Source of the DNA: Octopus sinensis
Taxonomy: Eukaryota
Length of the DNA stretch: 64,000 nt
NCBI RefSeq assembly: GCF_006345805.1
Contig: NC_042998.1
Span: 101,370,001 to 101,434,000 of the forward strand
Direction of reading: 5' to 3'
The notes beneath the pieces are model-generated. The model had not been told where the DNA came from and did no database searches. It saw only the letters and a list, made by a program, of their open reading frames with translations. Position numbers and translations under genes: made by a program. Below, piece by piece: positions 39,814-52,920 of the stretch. How positions within the stretch are numbered: the first letter of the stretch is position 1; every line of letters starts with the position of its first letter.

Positions 39814-39960
39814 TTGAGTTCAAATTCCGCCGAGGTCGACTTTGCCTTTTCTCCTTTCGGGGTCGCTAAAAGAAGTACCAACTGAACCTTGGCGTCAATG
39901 TAATCGACTTTCTCCCTGCCACGAAATTGCTAGCCTTGTGCCGAAATTTGAAACCAATAT
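39814..39960 (+). mobile_element. SINE family C, 5'-truncated
   Basis: GAGTTCAAATTCCGCCGAGGTCGACTTTGCC identical to the 34963 copy. Confidence 0.85.
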
Positions 39961-40166
39961 AATAGAAGCGACTTATAACTGTACTCGCTGTATACACATA
40001 CACACTAACACACAGTAACACACACACACACACACACATCGATACGCATATATATAAATGTATCTGCCTCTGTATATATCCTTGATCAAAACTACTTGAC
40101 GAACGGGCATGTTAAACTCAGAGTAGCAGATTTTTGTGATGTTTTTGCAGCTTTAATAGTACATGT

Positions 40167-40249
<83 letters not shown>

Positions 40250-40252
<3 letters not shown>

Positions 40253-40508
40253 TGTCCTGCTTTTGTTACCAGCTTTGACCCTCCGCAAATCCCAAATTTT
40301 ATTTTCGTGTTTGTGGGTGCCACTGCCTTCAAAGACTCATATTGTCGTTCAATGCTCGAAATGAGGAGTAGATGGACAGCCGACAACTGATGAAGAGTCG
40401 TTCTTTATGTTATTCGTCCTGTTTTTCATTTGTTTCTCTCGTTGTTTGCGTATCAACTCATTTGTTTTCGTATTTTTTGTTATTTACGCTTTGTGACGTC
40501 CTGTAACC
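40250..40508 (+). mobile_element. (TA)n-embedded Penelope-like/retrozyme-like repeat carrying the permuted hammerhead
   Basis: Sharp (TA)n boundaries; shares CGTCCTGTTTT and T-rich segments with 33088-33379. Confidence 0.55.
40336..40398 (+). ncRNA. Candidate non-circularly permuted hammerhead ribozyme (best copy)
   Basis: CTCAT-A-TTGTCG-ttcaat-GCTC-GAA-ATGAG-(15 nt)-CGACAA-CTGATGA-A-GAGT. All core nucleotides present; stem I 6 bp, stem II 4 bp, stem III 5 bp. Confidence 0.7.
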
Positions 40509-41399
40509 ATATATACATTTATGTATGTATGCATGTATTTATATATATATCTATATACATATGTATATGTATGCATATATATATATATATTATTTATATT
40601 GTTATATATATACACACACACATATATATGCATGTATGTATTTATTTATATACATACATACATACATACATACATGTATATTTGTATGTATGTGTGCGTG
40701 TGTGATTTTTCAATTAAAAAACTGTTCGTGTAGCATAGATTAAAAAATGTTGATTTTTCCCGTTAACTCTTGTATATATTTCCTTGTATACTCTATGAAG
40801 CAGATTGTTCAAAGTAATAACTTTGACATGAGAAGTAATGTTAGTTTACAATTTAATTTAATTTTAGCGCGGTCATGGTAGATAAAACAAAACATAATTA
40901 TATATGAAATATTCTTTGACTCCAGTACATTCACCCGCCCTCAAGCATAGATTAACACTAAAACCTTAAAATTGAAATGCGTTACGTTACAAACAACATA
41001 AAATCTACTAAACAATTTTTACGAAGATCATTTTTGTTTAATACAAGAAGCGATACACCTAAATATTTATCTGAACTATATAATTCTGAAAATCCCCCGC
41101 AAAAATATCTGTAGAAATGTCTTATGCAGAATGCAATACATACATACATACATACATACATAACAAATGCACACACACATAAAATGAACTATGAAAGAAA
41201 CGTTACCCACATACTAAATAGAAACCGCTTTATTAACAGACTGCCATAGCATTGATTGAAGAGTGCTAATTAAAAAACCGTCCTTTCCTAATGATAAAAG
41301 GTCATTTCCTGAAGCATATTTGAGGTCACATGATGTCACGTGATGACAGAGTGTCCAGGATGCAAAGAGATGAACTCAATATCTCGTGTGACCACATTG

Positions 41400-42640
41400 A
41401 TTACCACCAGGCATCTTATGTACACTGAATGAACCAAATGGTTGATGAAGGCCTTGGAGGTAGCAGCCTACACTCCGTTAAAACCTGCTGTGAGTCGTGT
41501 CGCAGTTGTCGGCCTTGGGCAGATGTCACTTAGCCTTCTTTTGTTTTGCTCTATGGGGTTGAAATCCGGACTTAGGGCCGGCATGGCAGTGTCTGGTTGT
41601 TGTGCTGTTGTCCATTCCTTTTCTGCTTGCCTACTAGGTTCCTCACTGAATTCTGCCACCAGCTTTGACGCCACAAGTGGCTGCACGATTTCTTCCCTTA
41701 TGGCCTCTGTAACTTTGACAGGGGATGGGAAGCATTCAGCTCTTATGTGACCCTTCTGGCCACACTTAAAGAAACGAGACTCTTACTCTCCACCACAATC
41801 CTCAACCTCTTTTCACCCACCAAAATAGCGTTAGCAATATTGTACAAATCACTGGAGTAGCCTGGACAATCACTGCTAGTCACTGCCCCAGCCAATTCCA
41901 CGCTGGTAATCTTGTTGCTTTGAGGATTGACAGTCATTCCTCCAAGCCTAGAGTTATTAGAGCCACCAGCCAGGTCACATTTACCTTCAGCGGGATTTCC
42001 TCCACTATTACCTTGGCGACACGCCTTCCAAGGTAAGTTGGTAACAGTAACATTTCTTGTGTTGCCAGGGCTGTCACAGAGTGCTGCCTGGCACTTTCCT
42101 CTGAATGGAATCTCACTTCAACCGACGCATGCTTGTTACCCCTGGTCAGGTACTTAATATTCAGCCAGACGGGCCTCAATCATCTTTCAATTTGTTCTTT
42201 CGATGCTACTTCGATTCTTATTTCTTATAAAACATACGATTTGTATATTACTGTTTTCTCCTGTACATCTTTTGATATTTCATAAGGAGAAGGTCAGTTC
42301 CACTACATACCCTTCCTTTTGCATCATATTTTTGTATTTCCTAACGTCTTGCATTTCTGACGTTATTTCCTTCGTAGTACCGGTTTCTGCCGCAAAACCT
42401 TCTATACATTTTTCTATGCTTTCTTCCGTCTTTCTTGTTATCTCCTCCTCCAGTTTTACCAGCGACTCCACCATTTCACTTTCTGATTTACTTACATCTG
42501 AAAAACGTAATCGTTCACATCCTCCACAACAAGCCCTCCCCGCTAAAAACAAGATGGTAACGAACACTGGACCGCCGCAAAACAGTAAACAAAGGTATAT
42601 CAACAAAAGCAAAAACAACTTTTAACAATTTAACAACTGT
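41400..42640 (-). mobile_element. 5' part (ORF1, gag-like) of an L1/Tx1-type non-LTR retrotransposon, frameshifted
   Basis: Zinc knuckle FFKCGQKGHIRAEC at 41732-41773 (first Cys mutated). Upstream helical stretch ESLVKLEEEITRKTEESIEKCIEGF and RRM-like ASVEVRFHSEESARQHS. Confidence 0.7.
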
Positions 42641-42988
42641 GATACAACAAGCAGTACTAGCCTTAATTAACAACACCAACCTCTAAAATGTGAACGGGGC
42701 AAATGACAGGCTGGTAAATGTTGGTGCCTTTTATACACAACCAGGCAACGTTTTGCACGGGCATCATACTTTTCATAAAGATGCGTTCACGAGCATTTCC
42801 ATGATCACGAAAAGTGAGCGAGTTCGAATCCTACATGCAATCCTTGTGTTTTCAAAAGAGAGTGGAGTTGTGGTTCAGTGACATCTTCATGATGTCAAGT
42901 TACATAGAAAGGTGATAAAATCCATATAATCTCAATATCGTGTGTGAAACAAATAATCTTTTATAGTGTGACGTTTCTTTTGTAGTTC

Positions 42989-43115
<127 letters not shown>

Positions 43116-44478
43116 TGTATGTATGTGTGTGCGTATGTGTGTTTACATACATACAAACATATTGTTTTGAAAAAGAATGGAAATTGATTTTCAAATGATT
43201 TTTACCTCCCAAAAGGTTTAAAAGACAAGTCTGTAAATTATATCTGCTTAACAACCAAATATCGACATATCCTATAGAATATGTTTCTTTCTTTTCATAA
43301 CTGAAGCAGTTTAAAAATTTTCTTTATCGAAAGATATATCGAAGAATGGCTTTCTATTAGATTATTCTTGAGATCTTTAATTTGGGAAATTCAAAAACAA
43401 AAAAACATTGATGGCATTGTTGATTATCTTAGAAAAATTCTTCATTTTGGAGCAAATTTAAAACCTAGTTTCAAACTATGTAGAATTGCGTTCTTGCAAA
43501 ATTTAAATAATTGTGAATTGGCAGCATATTAGCAGAGTTATAAAAAAATAATTGAAATATTTTGATAAAACTAATCGATTTTGCCGCCCCTCCTACAATA
43601 TGAATATGTGAAAGCTTCATCTATTCATATTGGAAAATGTAAGAAATCCAGAGCTGGATCGCTTTTGATCAATCCCTATTGATATAGGGCTAAATTACAA
43701 TTTGCTGACAAGTGAGGTCAACTCTATGAACAAGACTATAATTAATAATAACTTAATTTGTTATGCTAATTTAAAGACCGCAAGAGAGCAATTATAATTG
43801 CAGCTTTCAACGGTTTCACAACTCAATGAACCATTTCATAGAAAACAGTTCAAACTAATTATGTTGAAACATTTATTTCTTTTTTCTACGTAATAGGAGA
43901 ATAATGGAAAGGAGTGGCACAGTGAAAGGAATTTAAGCCAATATAGTTTAATCTATGCTGGCCGAGTGAAAAATAAATTCGACGCTCATGGGATTTAAAA
44001 ATCTTCACAAAATGTTCACAAAATGGAATGAACTAGTTATAGAGAAGTAAATTCGACATCCTGGCAGGGCCACATATTCGTCGATTTCGAACAGAGGGAC
44101 AGAGAGAAAGAAAGAGAGGGGAGGGAGAAGGGAAGTGAGGGAAGCAAGAGAGAGAGAGAGAGAGAGGTAGAGAGAGAGAGAGGAAAGAGAGATATGTGAA
44201 AGAGAAAAAAGAGAGAAAGGGATACAGAGAGTGATACACGAATCTGAAACATCGGCTGATAGTGGTGAATAGATATGAAAAAGTGAGAGGTTGAGAAAAC
44301 ACACTGGGTACGAGAAAGAGCGTAGAAAAGGAGTTAAAGGGAAACTGATATTAGATACATGGTAAGATCCCTAAAATAGGCTATTCGGGCAAAGTAGCTA
44401 CCCACTAGAATGCTCATTAATGATAAAAAATTGTATATCATGTATGTATGTATGTATGTATGTATGTATGTATGCATG

Positions 44479-44879
44479 TCAAAGGGCGGAGGAACTCTTG
44501 AGAGTCAACGTCCATCCAATAAATGTCTTAAGGCTGTATCATGCGCGGGGACATAGAAATAATCGGACTGAATATCCGATCGCGCGATTAAACCATTGGG
44601 AGTGAAGGACACCTAGCCTTTGTTAGGGCATCCTTCTAGGAGATAGTAACTCAGATAACTGGGATAACTCCGACATAAAACCTGCGGCTCAGTGGTTACC
44701 GATGACGTTGACTTGTTCTTGTTTTCGGATTATGGCTGCTGTTGCTTAGTGAGTGGGATTGACTCAGTGCACAGCCTTTCTTCACTTTAAAAAAACAATT
44801 CTTCCACAGGCATTGCACGATAACAACATTGATTAAGCTTAGTGCAACGGCCATACTCGATAACGAGGGGGCAGCCACC
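44479..44879. mobile_element. 401-bp element inserted in (TATG)n; RTE 5'-UTR-like on +
   Basis: (TATG)n on both flanks. AGGGCATCCTTCTAGGAGATAGTAACTC...TAAAACC resembles RTE 5' UTR motifs (by eye). Confidence 0.5.
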
Positions 44880-44890
44880 ATGTATGTATG

Positions 44891-44921
<31 letters not shown>

Positions 44922-45225
44922 GTATGTATGCATGTGTGTTTGTGTATTTGGACGCAACAGAGTGCATCTTAATTCATCTTAATCCAGTGTAACTCACAAA
45001 AGTTTTCAACGGAAACGAAGAAACAATTGTAAATATTTCGGGGCTGCAATAAACGCTCATAGCTGAGAAAGAATACGGAGAGAAAAATTTAACATACTAT
45101 AGTTAACCAAAAAACACAAAAAGCAAAAAAAAAAAAAAAAAAAAAGCAAAAAACAAAAGAACGATACTGCCTCAGTATTCTCTCTCCAGTTACAATATAG
45201 TTTTAGTATATTTCTACCTCCACAG

Positions 45226-45261
45226 GTTGTATGTTAACAACTTTGATATATAGTCCAAGAA
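45226..45261 (+). CDS. Candidate 36-bp phase 1-1 internal exon of an unknown gene
   Basis: TTTCTACCTCCACAG|G...AGAA|GTAAGC; one open frame (CMLTTLIYSPR). No homology recognised. Confidence 0.25.
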
Positions 45262-47187
45262 GTAAGCGAGTAGTGACGTAATGTAGGAGTTAAATACCGA
45301 AAATAATGATACTGCAACCACACATGATTGTATACACGTGTGTGAATATGTATATGTGCATGTGTGTGTTTGCATACGTCTCTGCATGAGTATCTATATA
45401 TGTGGTGCGAATAAATATACTGATTGATAATACCGAATATTTTTACTACGTAAAAGGTTAATCTTTGTTATGGAAAGCTATATAATCCATTTGATCTCTC
45501 AGTATATTACTTGTACCACTGATAGAAATTAAAATCAAACAAAAAAAAAAAAAATTCTATTCAGAACGCAAACAAATAAAGCTAAATGCAGTGGCCAATT
45601 ATTTCTACATATTTCACCATCCTCCAGACATATGTTCCTATATCATGAACTTCGAATAAAGAAATAACCGTGTAAATGATTGAATTACCTGTTCTCTCAT
45701 CTTTATGTATTTTCTCCTTGACATTTTACTATTTAAATTTAGTTGTCAATATTCTTACACGGAAGAATGTGTTCCACTGCACAAAACCCATGATATTGGA
45801 AAAACAAAAAAGTAACTTCTTTTTGGATAAGAACTCATTGTAAGTTTGTATTTGTTTTTTTCGTTGTTTCTTTGTTTCATTTACTTTGTCTTTTGTTTTT
45901 GCTGGATGGATTTTGTATTTCCATATTAGACATACGCACGCATACACACACATACACACTCACACACACACATGCTCGAACGCACACACAAGCGCACACA
46001 CACACACATACACACGCACACTTTTCCCTGAAGAACAACGAAAATATATCAACACTCATTGTTGCCTTATGAATTCTCATAATTGGCAGCATGTACTGAT
46101 TCTGCACTTTAAACAAAATTAATAATAAAATGACAGCAGTTGGCAGCTTAGAAAAGAATAAAGTCTCTGTTTCAATTTATGAACAAGAAGTTTTAACGTT
46201 CTTTGACGCCGCCGACTATTTCAGGAAGTTTTTCTTTTATTTCGGTTGAAATTTGTTTTATTTGATGTTGATGTCTATGTTGTTGTTGTATATATTGTAG
46301 TTATTATTGTAGTTTCATATGTTTTGTACTTTCATTCATATAGATATATTTCTGAACATGTTTATCTTTTACTCAAACACAAGTATCGTCTGTGGCTATA
46401 TTATACAGTGTATTCTTACAAATCTAAAGATGAATAAGAAGTCGTGAGAGTAGCTTTGGCTACAATTTCTAACAAGTAGAGTGACTAGGCCTCAATTTCC
46501 TTGTTGGTTGATAATTCTATTTAAGAGCGAAAAAGCAGCGCTTTATTTACGAACACAGCACAATTAACGATGTCAAGATAGTCGTTAGACTCTCGATGGC
46601 AGCCCGGTACCCTATGGATGAGAATGACTATAAGTCAACCTCATATGGTTAATGAAAGTAACACCGGCAATAGCAGACGACCAACTGAACAACCAGTAGT
46701 GACTTTTCCTCTACGTTGTCTCTCTGACCAACGTAACTGAACGCAAATAAGTTTACTAAATAAAACTTTGTATAAATTTCCACTTGAGGCAAAAGAGCAA
46801 CATCATCAATTTGATAAGTAGTTTATTAGCTTTAAGTCCTGAGATAGATTCCAATAAAAGATTGATTTGAGATGGAATGATTCCATCTAACTATCTTCAA
46901 TGTGGGTTATGTAAATGCATTCTGAAAGCAACTTATTATATTCATTACCTGAACCACTACCCCATCAGCAATGACGCAGGATTATACACGGGACAAACAT
47001 CACCATAACATGAAAATCCTACAGGGGAGCCTCTGCAGGGTTGCTTGATCTGCTAGGAATAATTCAGCTAAATTTTCTTCAAAACCACCACTAACACCAC
47101 AAACAAAAACCCTGAGGTATTAATTATTGGTTGTCATATAGGTACATGGTTACAAAGTTAACTACTATATTATTTTCTTTTCTGCCA

Positions 47188-47383
47188 TTAGCACAAGGCC
47201 TGGGATCTGGGGGAAAGAGGCTTGTCGATTACATCACTCCAGTGTTCAACTGATATTTATGTTATCAACCCCGGAAGTATGAGGTTAAATTCAATTTGTG
47301 CGGCGTGTGAACTCAGAACATAAAACCGGATGAAATAGCGCTAAGTATTTTATCCGGAGTACTAACGATTCTGCCACTTCGCC
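47188..47383 (-). mobile_element. SINE family C, diverged
   Basis: GTGAACTCAGAACATAAA...ACTAACGATTCTGCCACTTCGCC. Confidence 0.75.
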
Positions 47384-50250
47384 AACTTAACTGGTACTTC
47401 ATTTTATTCACCCAAGACAGTTCTTTGCGGCGCAATTTGGACTCAGCATAAAAACCCAGAATAAATCACCATCAAGGATTTATCTGATTCTCTAAAAATG
47501 TTACCATTCCCACGCACTTTGTTCAAGTTGCATTAGTTTTAAAAATGATAAAAATAAATGAGTGTTCTTAGTGACACTTTTTTTTTACTTAAGAGCGTTA
47601 ATTTCAATCATACTACTCAGTATGATAAAAACCAGAAAATGTGTAATTTGGTTATTCTTCATCATGAAGTGAAGAAATAAACAAATTATTCTCTTTAAGA
47701 CATTTAAGATTATCCAACTGTTATTATCATACAGAAGTTTCCATATATTATTATTTTTTCCAAACAACTTAAGTATTTTTTTCATTGAATTCAACATCTG
47801 TCACGCTGTTTTTGACTTCGCTTGAAGTAAAATAAATTTAAATTGGTTGTAAAGAAAAAATAAAATCTAAAATGAAATCTATAGCTAGACATCTGAGAGA
47901 AATGCTTATGTTATTTTGATATTCTTACTTGAAGACAATAGAGTGGTACAATCTGTTGTAACTTTCACCTTCTAAGTTCAACGTCTGTCAGAACCATCTT
48001 CCAGGGTAGATAAAATAAGTACCAACCAAATGTCATGGTCGATAAAATCTACAACAACCTCACTTAAATTGCATAAAAATCAGAAATTGCATAAAAATCA
48101 GAAATCCTTATTTAAGATGTTGGAGTAGCAAAAATAGTAGAACATCATACCAAATCCATTGCAGTTGTTGATGCTTACCCTTAAATCTTCTCGGATTAAG
48201 TAGACTTATTATCGTAGACATTCTAGCCGTAAGCAACCAGTCTTCCTACCGTTCATGTGATCAGATATACGCTATCAAATACAGAATCTATGTATGTATA
48301 TGCACTCACACACACTCACACACTCACATATAGATACACATATATACGTATGATTTAGTGTAATTTTGGCCGCCATTTCTAGATGGTCAAGTGTTTATAC
48401 AGACAGTTCTTTGAAGGTATTTAATTATGCATCTCTATGTTCGCAATAAGTTTGCATGTTATCTTCCTAGCCACTACAATATGTAGCGGTAAATTTCTGA
48501 GATTAACTTTACTTGTTACCTGATAAATTTGTGATTGTGTTCCAAAGTAAAAATATCTATTTTCGCATGCCTACACCATCTTTATCTCTTGACTTTGACC
48601 GTTGTCTCCTAACCGATTATACTAAAATTAGGGTGAATTATAACTTATAAAGGAATTATCACTTATAAAAATTTCACATTTGATTACAAGGGCCAACGAA
48701 ACACTATTAGAAGCCCTTCCCCTATTTCAATAGAAATATCTATTAGATGAAAAACAAATAGAATATTCGTAATATTATATTTGACCTCAGCATTTATATT
48801 TTAAGTTTTTATCAAAGTGGCTTTTGTAGAATTGTTAAAGAATTTTTTTTCCAGGCTACCCTCAATAAATTGCCGAGAACAAAGAACAAATCCTTAGAGA
48901 CTGCCATGACAAAATAGTTCGGTGCATGAGCTGTAGTAAATGGAGACGGTGAGAAAAACGTATTCTGCATTGAGGACGGAATGACCTTGGGTATTTCCTG
49001 CAATTCTATTATTCGGCGTTAGATGTTGATAAAGTCAGAACGTGTCGAAATCGTTGTGTTGTTCAGTAGATAGTCGGTGAAGTGTGTGTCGATCAGTACA
49101 AGTTGCTTGCAATATACACATGTGTGTATGTATGTATGCATATGCACATATATATATATGTATACATACATACACACATATATATATATATATATACACA
49201 TATACATATATAGACACACACACACACACACACATATATACATATACATATATATACTTATATTCTTTAATAAGAATAAAATGAAGTGGATGCATTCGAA
49301 GGTAGCACTGAGCACATATTTCATAAAACCTTAAGAATTTCGGTTGTTTTAGTGTTATTATTTACGTGTATGTTCATGTGTGTGTGGATGGGTGTAAGCG
49401 TGCTTATATACACGTCAGTTTATCTATACAAATACACATACACATACACACGCGTATAATGGTTCAATAAACTAAAACCGTCATAAATCTCCATATCTCG
49501 TATATCTTCCATGTATTGAATATTATGATGAAAAAAATCGGGAGGATTTTGAGAGAATTTGATTGCCGATCTTTAAAAACAACATTACTGATTTTTGCCT
49601 TAAGTGTGAAATATATACGTGACTAGATAAAAAGGACAGTGATGGACATCTACTATTAAAAGATAAAAATACCTATGTAAATAATGCAATGACAGCTGAA
49701 AGGATTCGATTTCATGAACTATTCGATATGAAGTAGATTGTGTGAGAGAAAACTCGTCTAAACAAAAAGAAAACGCTATAATACTATGTCCAGATTATTT
49801 TTATCTTTGAGTTTGAGGATATTGTTTAGCTGTTAATAGTTACTTAAAATGGTGTGGAACAAATCTATTTTAAGAATCCTTCTCTGATCACAATAAAGAA
49901 ATCACTAGTGATATTTACACGAATTCGAGTAGGAAAAGAAGTTGAGGATAACGTGGGGAGTTAAGAAGTTGTGAAGAATTTACAGTGAAGTTACATCTTA
50001 GAAATATATTTTATGTAACAAGAAATGAAGAACAGTTTTAGAACTAATGCATGTGGTTCAGTTCATTCTGTTACTATTTATAAATACAAATACACACGTA
50101 TACAAATACACACACACACACACATATTTATAGATGCATTTGTATACAAATATATCTTTTATCATATATATTCATACAAAATAACCATTTTGCTATACTC
50201 ACACACACACATACACACACACATATATATATATATACACATATATAAAT

Positions 50251-50410
50251 GCGTGGCTGTGTGGTAAAGAAGTTTGCTTCCCAACCACATGGCTTCGGGT
50301 TCAGTCGTACTGCGTGGAACCTTGGGCAAATGTCTGTTACTATAGTCTCGGGTCGACCAAAGCCTTGTGAGTTGATTTAGTAGACGGAAACTAAAAGAAG
50401 CCCGTCGTAT
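50251..50410 (+). mobile_element. SINE family A, 5' half
   Basis: TGGCTGTGTGG A box and GGGTTCAGTC B box; CCTTGGGCAAATGTC core. Confidence 0.85.
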
Positions 50411-50655
50411 ATATATCTATATATATATATATAGGAGAACGCAGTATATCTAGTAGGATATCTCTTTTTACACCAAGCACCTGAAGTGGCACAGCCAGCA
50501 CTGACTGGTGCAACAGAACAAGATGCACAATATCCTACTCATAAACGACAGCTGCAGAATGGGTCGAAACGGTCTTCATGCTGAATAAAGATTCATTATA
50601 AATCCATCTTCCTTTTCGTTCATCAATAATAAACACTACACACTCTCACACACAA

Positions 50656-50686
<31 letters not shown>

Positions 50687-50711
50687 ACACACACACACAC
50701 ACACAGAAAAA

Positions 50712-50748
<37 letters not shown>

Positions 50749-50966
50749 TAATATTTAAGTAATATTTAAGTAATATTTTTCCTCGAATGAGGCTTTTACA
50801 TGCCGAAGACTACTTGGTGTAATTGATAATTATTCCAAATTAATTAATTTCACCCTTCATTATTACGGATAACTATATATATATATATAATTGAAAAATA
50901 GGATAAAATCATTATAAGAATTTATCAAGTAGTTAGCGTGAATAACCTCATAAGGGAAAAATCCAT

Positions 50967-51360
50967 TACTCCCTTTTACCTGTTTCAGTCATTTGAATGC
51001 GGCCATGCTGGAGCACCGCCTTTAGTCGAATCAAATCTTTATTCTTTGTAAGCCCTGTACTTATTCTATCGGTCTCTTTTGCCGAACCACTGAGTTGAGG
51101 GGACCTAAACACACCAGCATCGGTTGTCAAGCGATGTTGGGGGTACAAAGACAGATACACAACATATACACACACATACATATATATATACATATATATA
51201 CGACAGCCTTCTTTCAGTTTCCGTCTACCAAATCCACTCACAAGGTTTTGGTCGGCCCGAGGCTATTGTAGAAGACACTTGCCCAAGGTGCCACACAGTG
51301 GGACTCAACCCGGAACCATGTGGTTGGTAAGCAAGCTACTTACCACACAGCCACTCCTGC
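50967..51360 (-). mobile_element. SINE family A, full length, nested inside the (TA)n-associated repeat
   Basis: Complete head-to-tail copy. Flanks 50893-50965 and 51362-51455 are contiguous in the copy at 9648-9835. Confidence 0.9.
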
Positions 51361-51392
51361 ACATCTTAAATATATTTATTTATATTAAGGAC

Positions 51393-51524
51393 ATTACTAT
51401 ACATAAATGCCTCACGCTAGGAGGGACTCGTACAATCAAAACTACCATAATAAATGTGTTTATTTATAATAGTAGTTTTGACTGTAAGAGTCCCTCTTAG
51501 CGTGAGGCATTTATGTATAGTAAT
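51393..51524. repeat. Near-perfect palindrome: 63-bp arms, 6-bp spacer
   Basis: ATTACTATACATAAATGCCTCACGCTAGGAGGGACTC... / ...GAGTCCCTCTTAGCGTGAGGCATTTATGTATAGTAAT. Confidence 0.9.
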
Positions 51525-52102
51525 CCCATTAATATATATATATATAGAGAGAGAGAGAGGGAGAGTAGTATAATTTTTATGAAGCATTGTCTCATATATA
51601 TATATTTTTGACTATATTTCTTTTAAAGTCATCACAATGCAAGTTATAAAAATAATATTGGCTGATGCTTTATCCTGATATTTTACTATTTTGGGGTTAG
51701 GAACCCTCCCTCAGGAGGTCTTTTAAGAAAAATACTTATACGCTGCCTTCTTTGTTCTATAATGTGTGAAGTCAGTGAAAAACAACTTTTCTCCTAAAAT
51801 TTCCCGAGGAAGAGGTCCTAAACCCAAAGTATTGGAAAATCACGTAAAACTATTAACCTGTGTTATTTTTATAACTCGCGTTGTTTTGGCTTGAAAGAAA
51901 TATAATCAAAAGCACACATACACACATATATATATACATGCATATATACCCATAAACACACACACACACACACACACATACACACACTCTTTCTCTCTTT
52001 CCCTCTCTCTCTCTCGCACATATTTATATATAAACATATATATTCACACACACGCCCACATATATATATAACGTAAAATACAGAAGTATGTGTAATAGTA
52101 TG

Positions 52103-52146
<44 letters not shown>

Positions 52147-52291
52147 GCACACATACAGGTGAGCAAATAAGTGCAAAACAAGGTGGAAAAATAGTAGTCA
52201 GATAGCGAAGGTAGAGTAGTATCCTTTTACAAAGGTTTCAAAATAACCACAACCATGCGATAATTTTGCAGTTTTAATAATAGTATATATA

Positions 52292-52355
<64 letters not shown>

Positions 52356-52588
52356 TATATATTAATAATAAAATATTAGGGAATAAAATCCAAACTTACA
52401 GGGAAAAATCAGATTTAGGATTAAATCCAATTTTATAGTATAAATATATTATATTATATTATATTAAATTAGAGATAAAACCACTATATATATACATACA
52501 TACACACACCATATATATATATATATATATATACATACATACACACACACACACATATATATATATACATACACACACACACATATAT

Positions 52589-52640
<52 letters not shown>

Positions 52641-52677
52641 TATATTATATATGTGTGTGTGTGTAATTATTGTTATT

Positions 52678-52920
52678 TGAGGGAATAAAATCCAAACTTA
52701 AAGAAAAAAAAACTTCAATTTAGAAATACTAAATCAAATTTCACACAATATAATATATACATAAAAAATTATATACGTTATTATTATTATTTTTTTGCAA
52801 TTTACTTAATCATTGACATTTTATTGTTATTTTAATTTTAATATTTCTATTTTATATAATTTTCTAGATGCTGTAATTTAATTGTTCATCTTGAATTGAT
52901 AAAAGGTGGGTTTTTTTCTA
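52678..52920 (+). repeat. AT-rich interspersed repeat; reverse copy at about 33430-33613 and a related head at 52380
   Basis: GGGAATAAAATCCAAACTTA...TAGAAATACTAAATCAAATTTCACACAATATAAT...TGAATTGATAAAAGGT is shared. Confidence 0.75.

Noticed and set aside
46028-46050. CTGAAGA-ACAAC-GAAAATATATC
   Set aside because: No stem I or stem II pairing.
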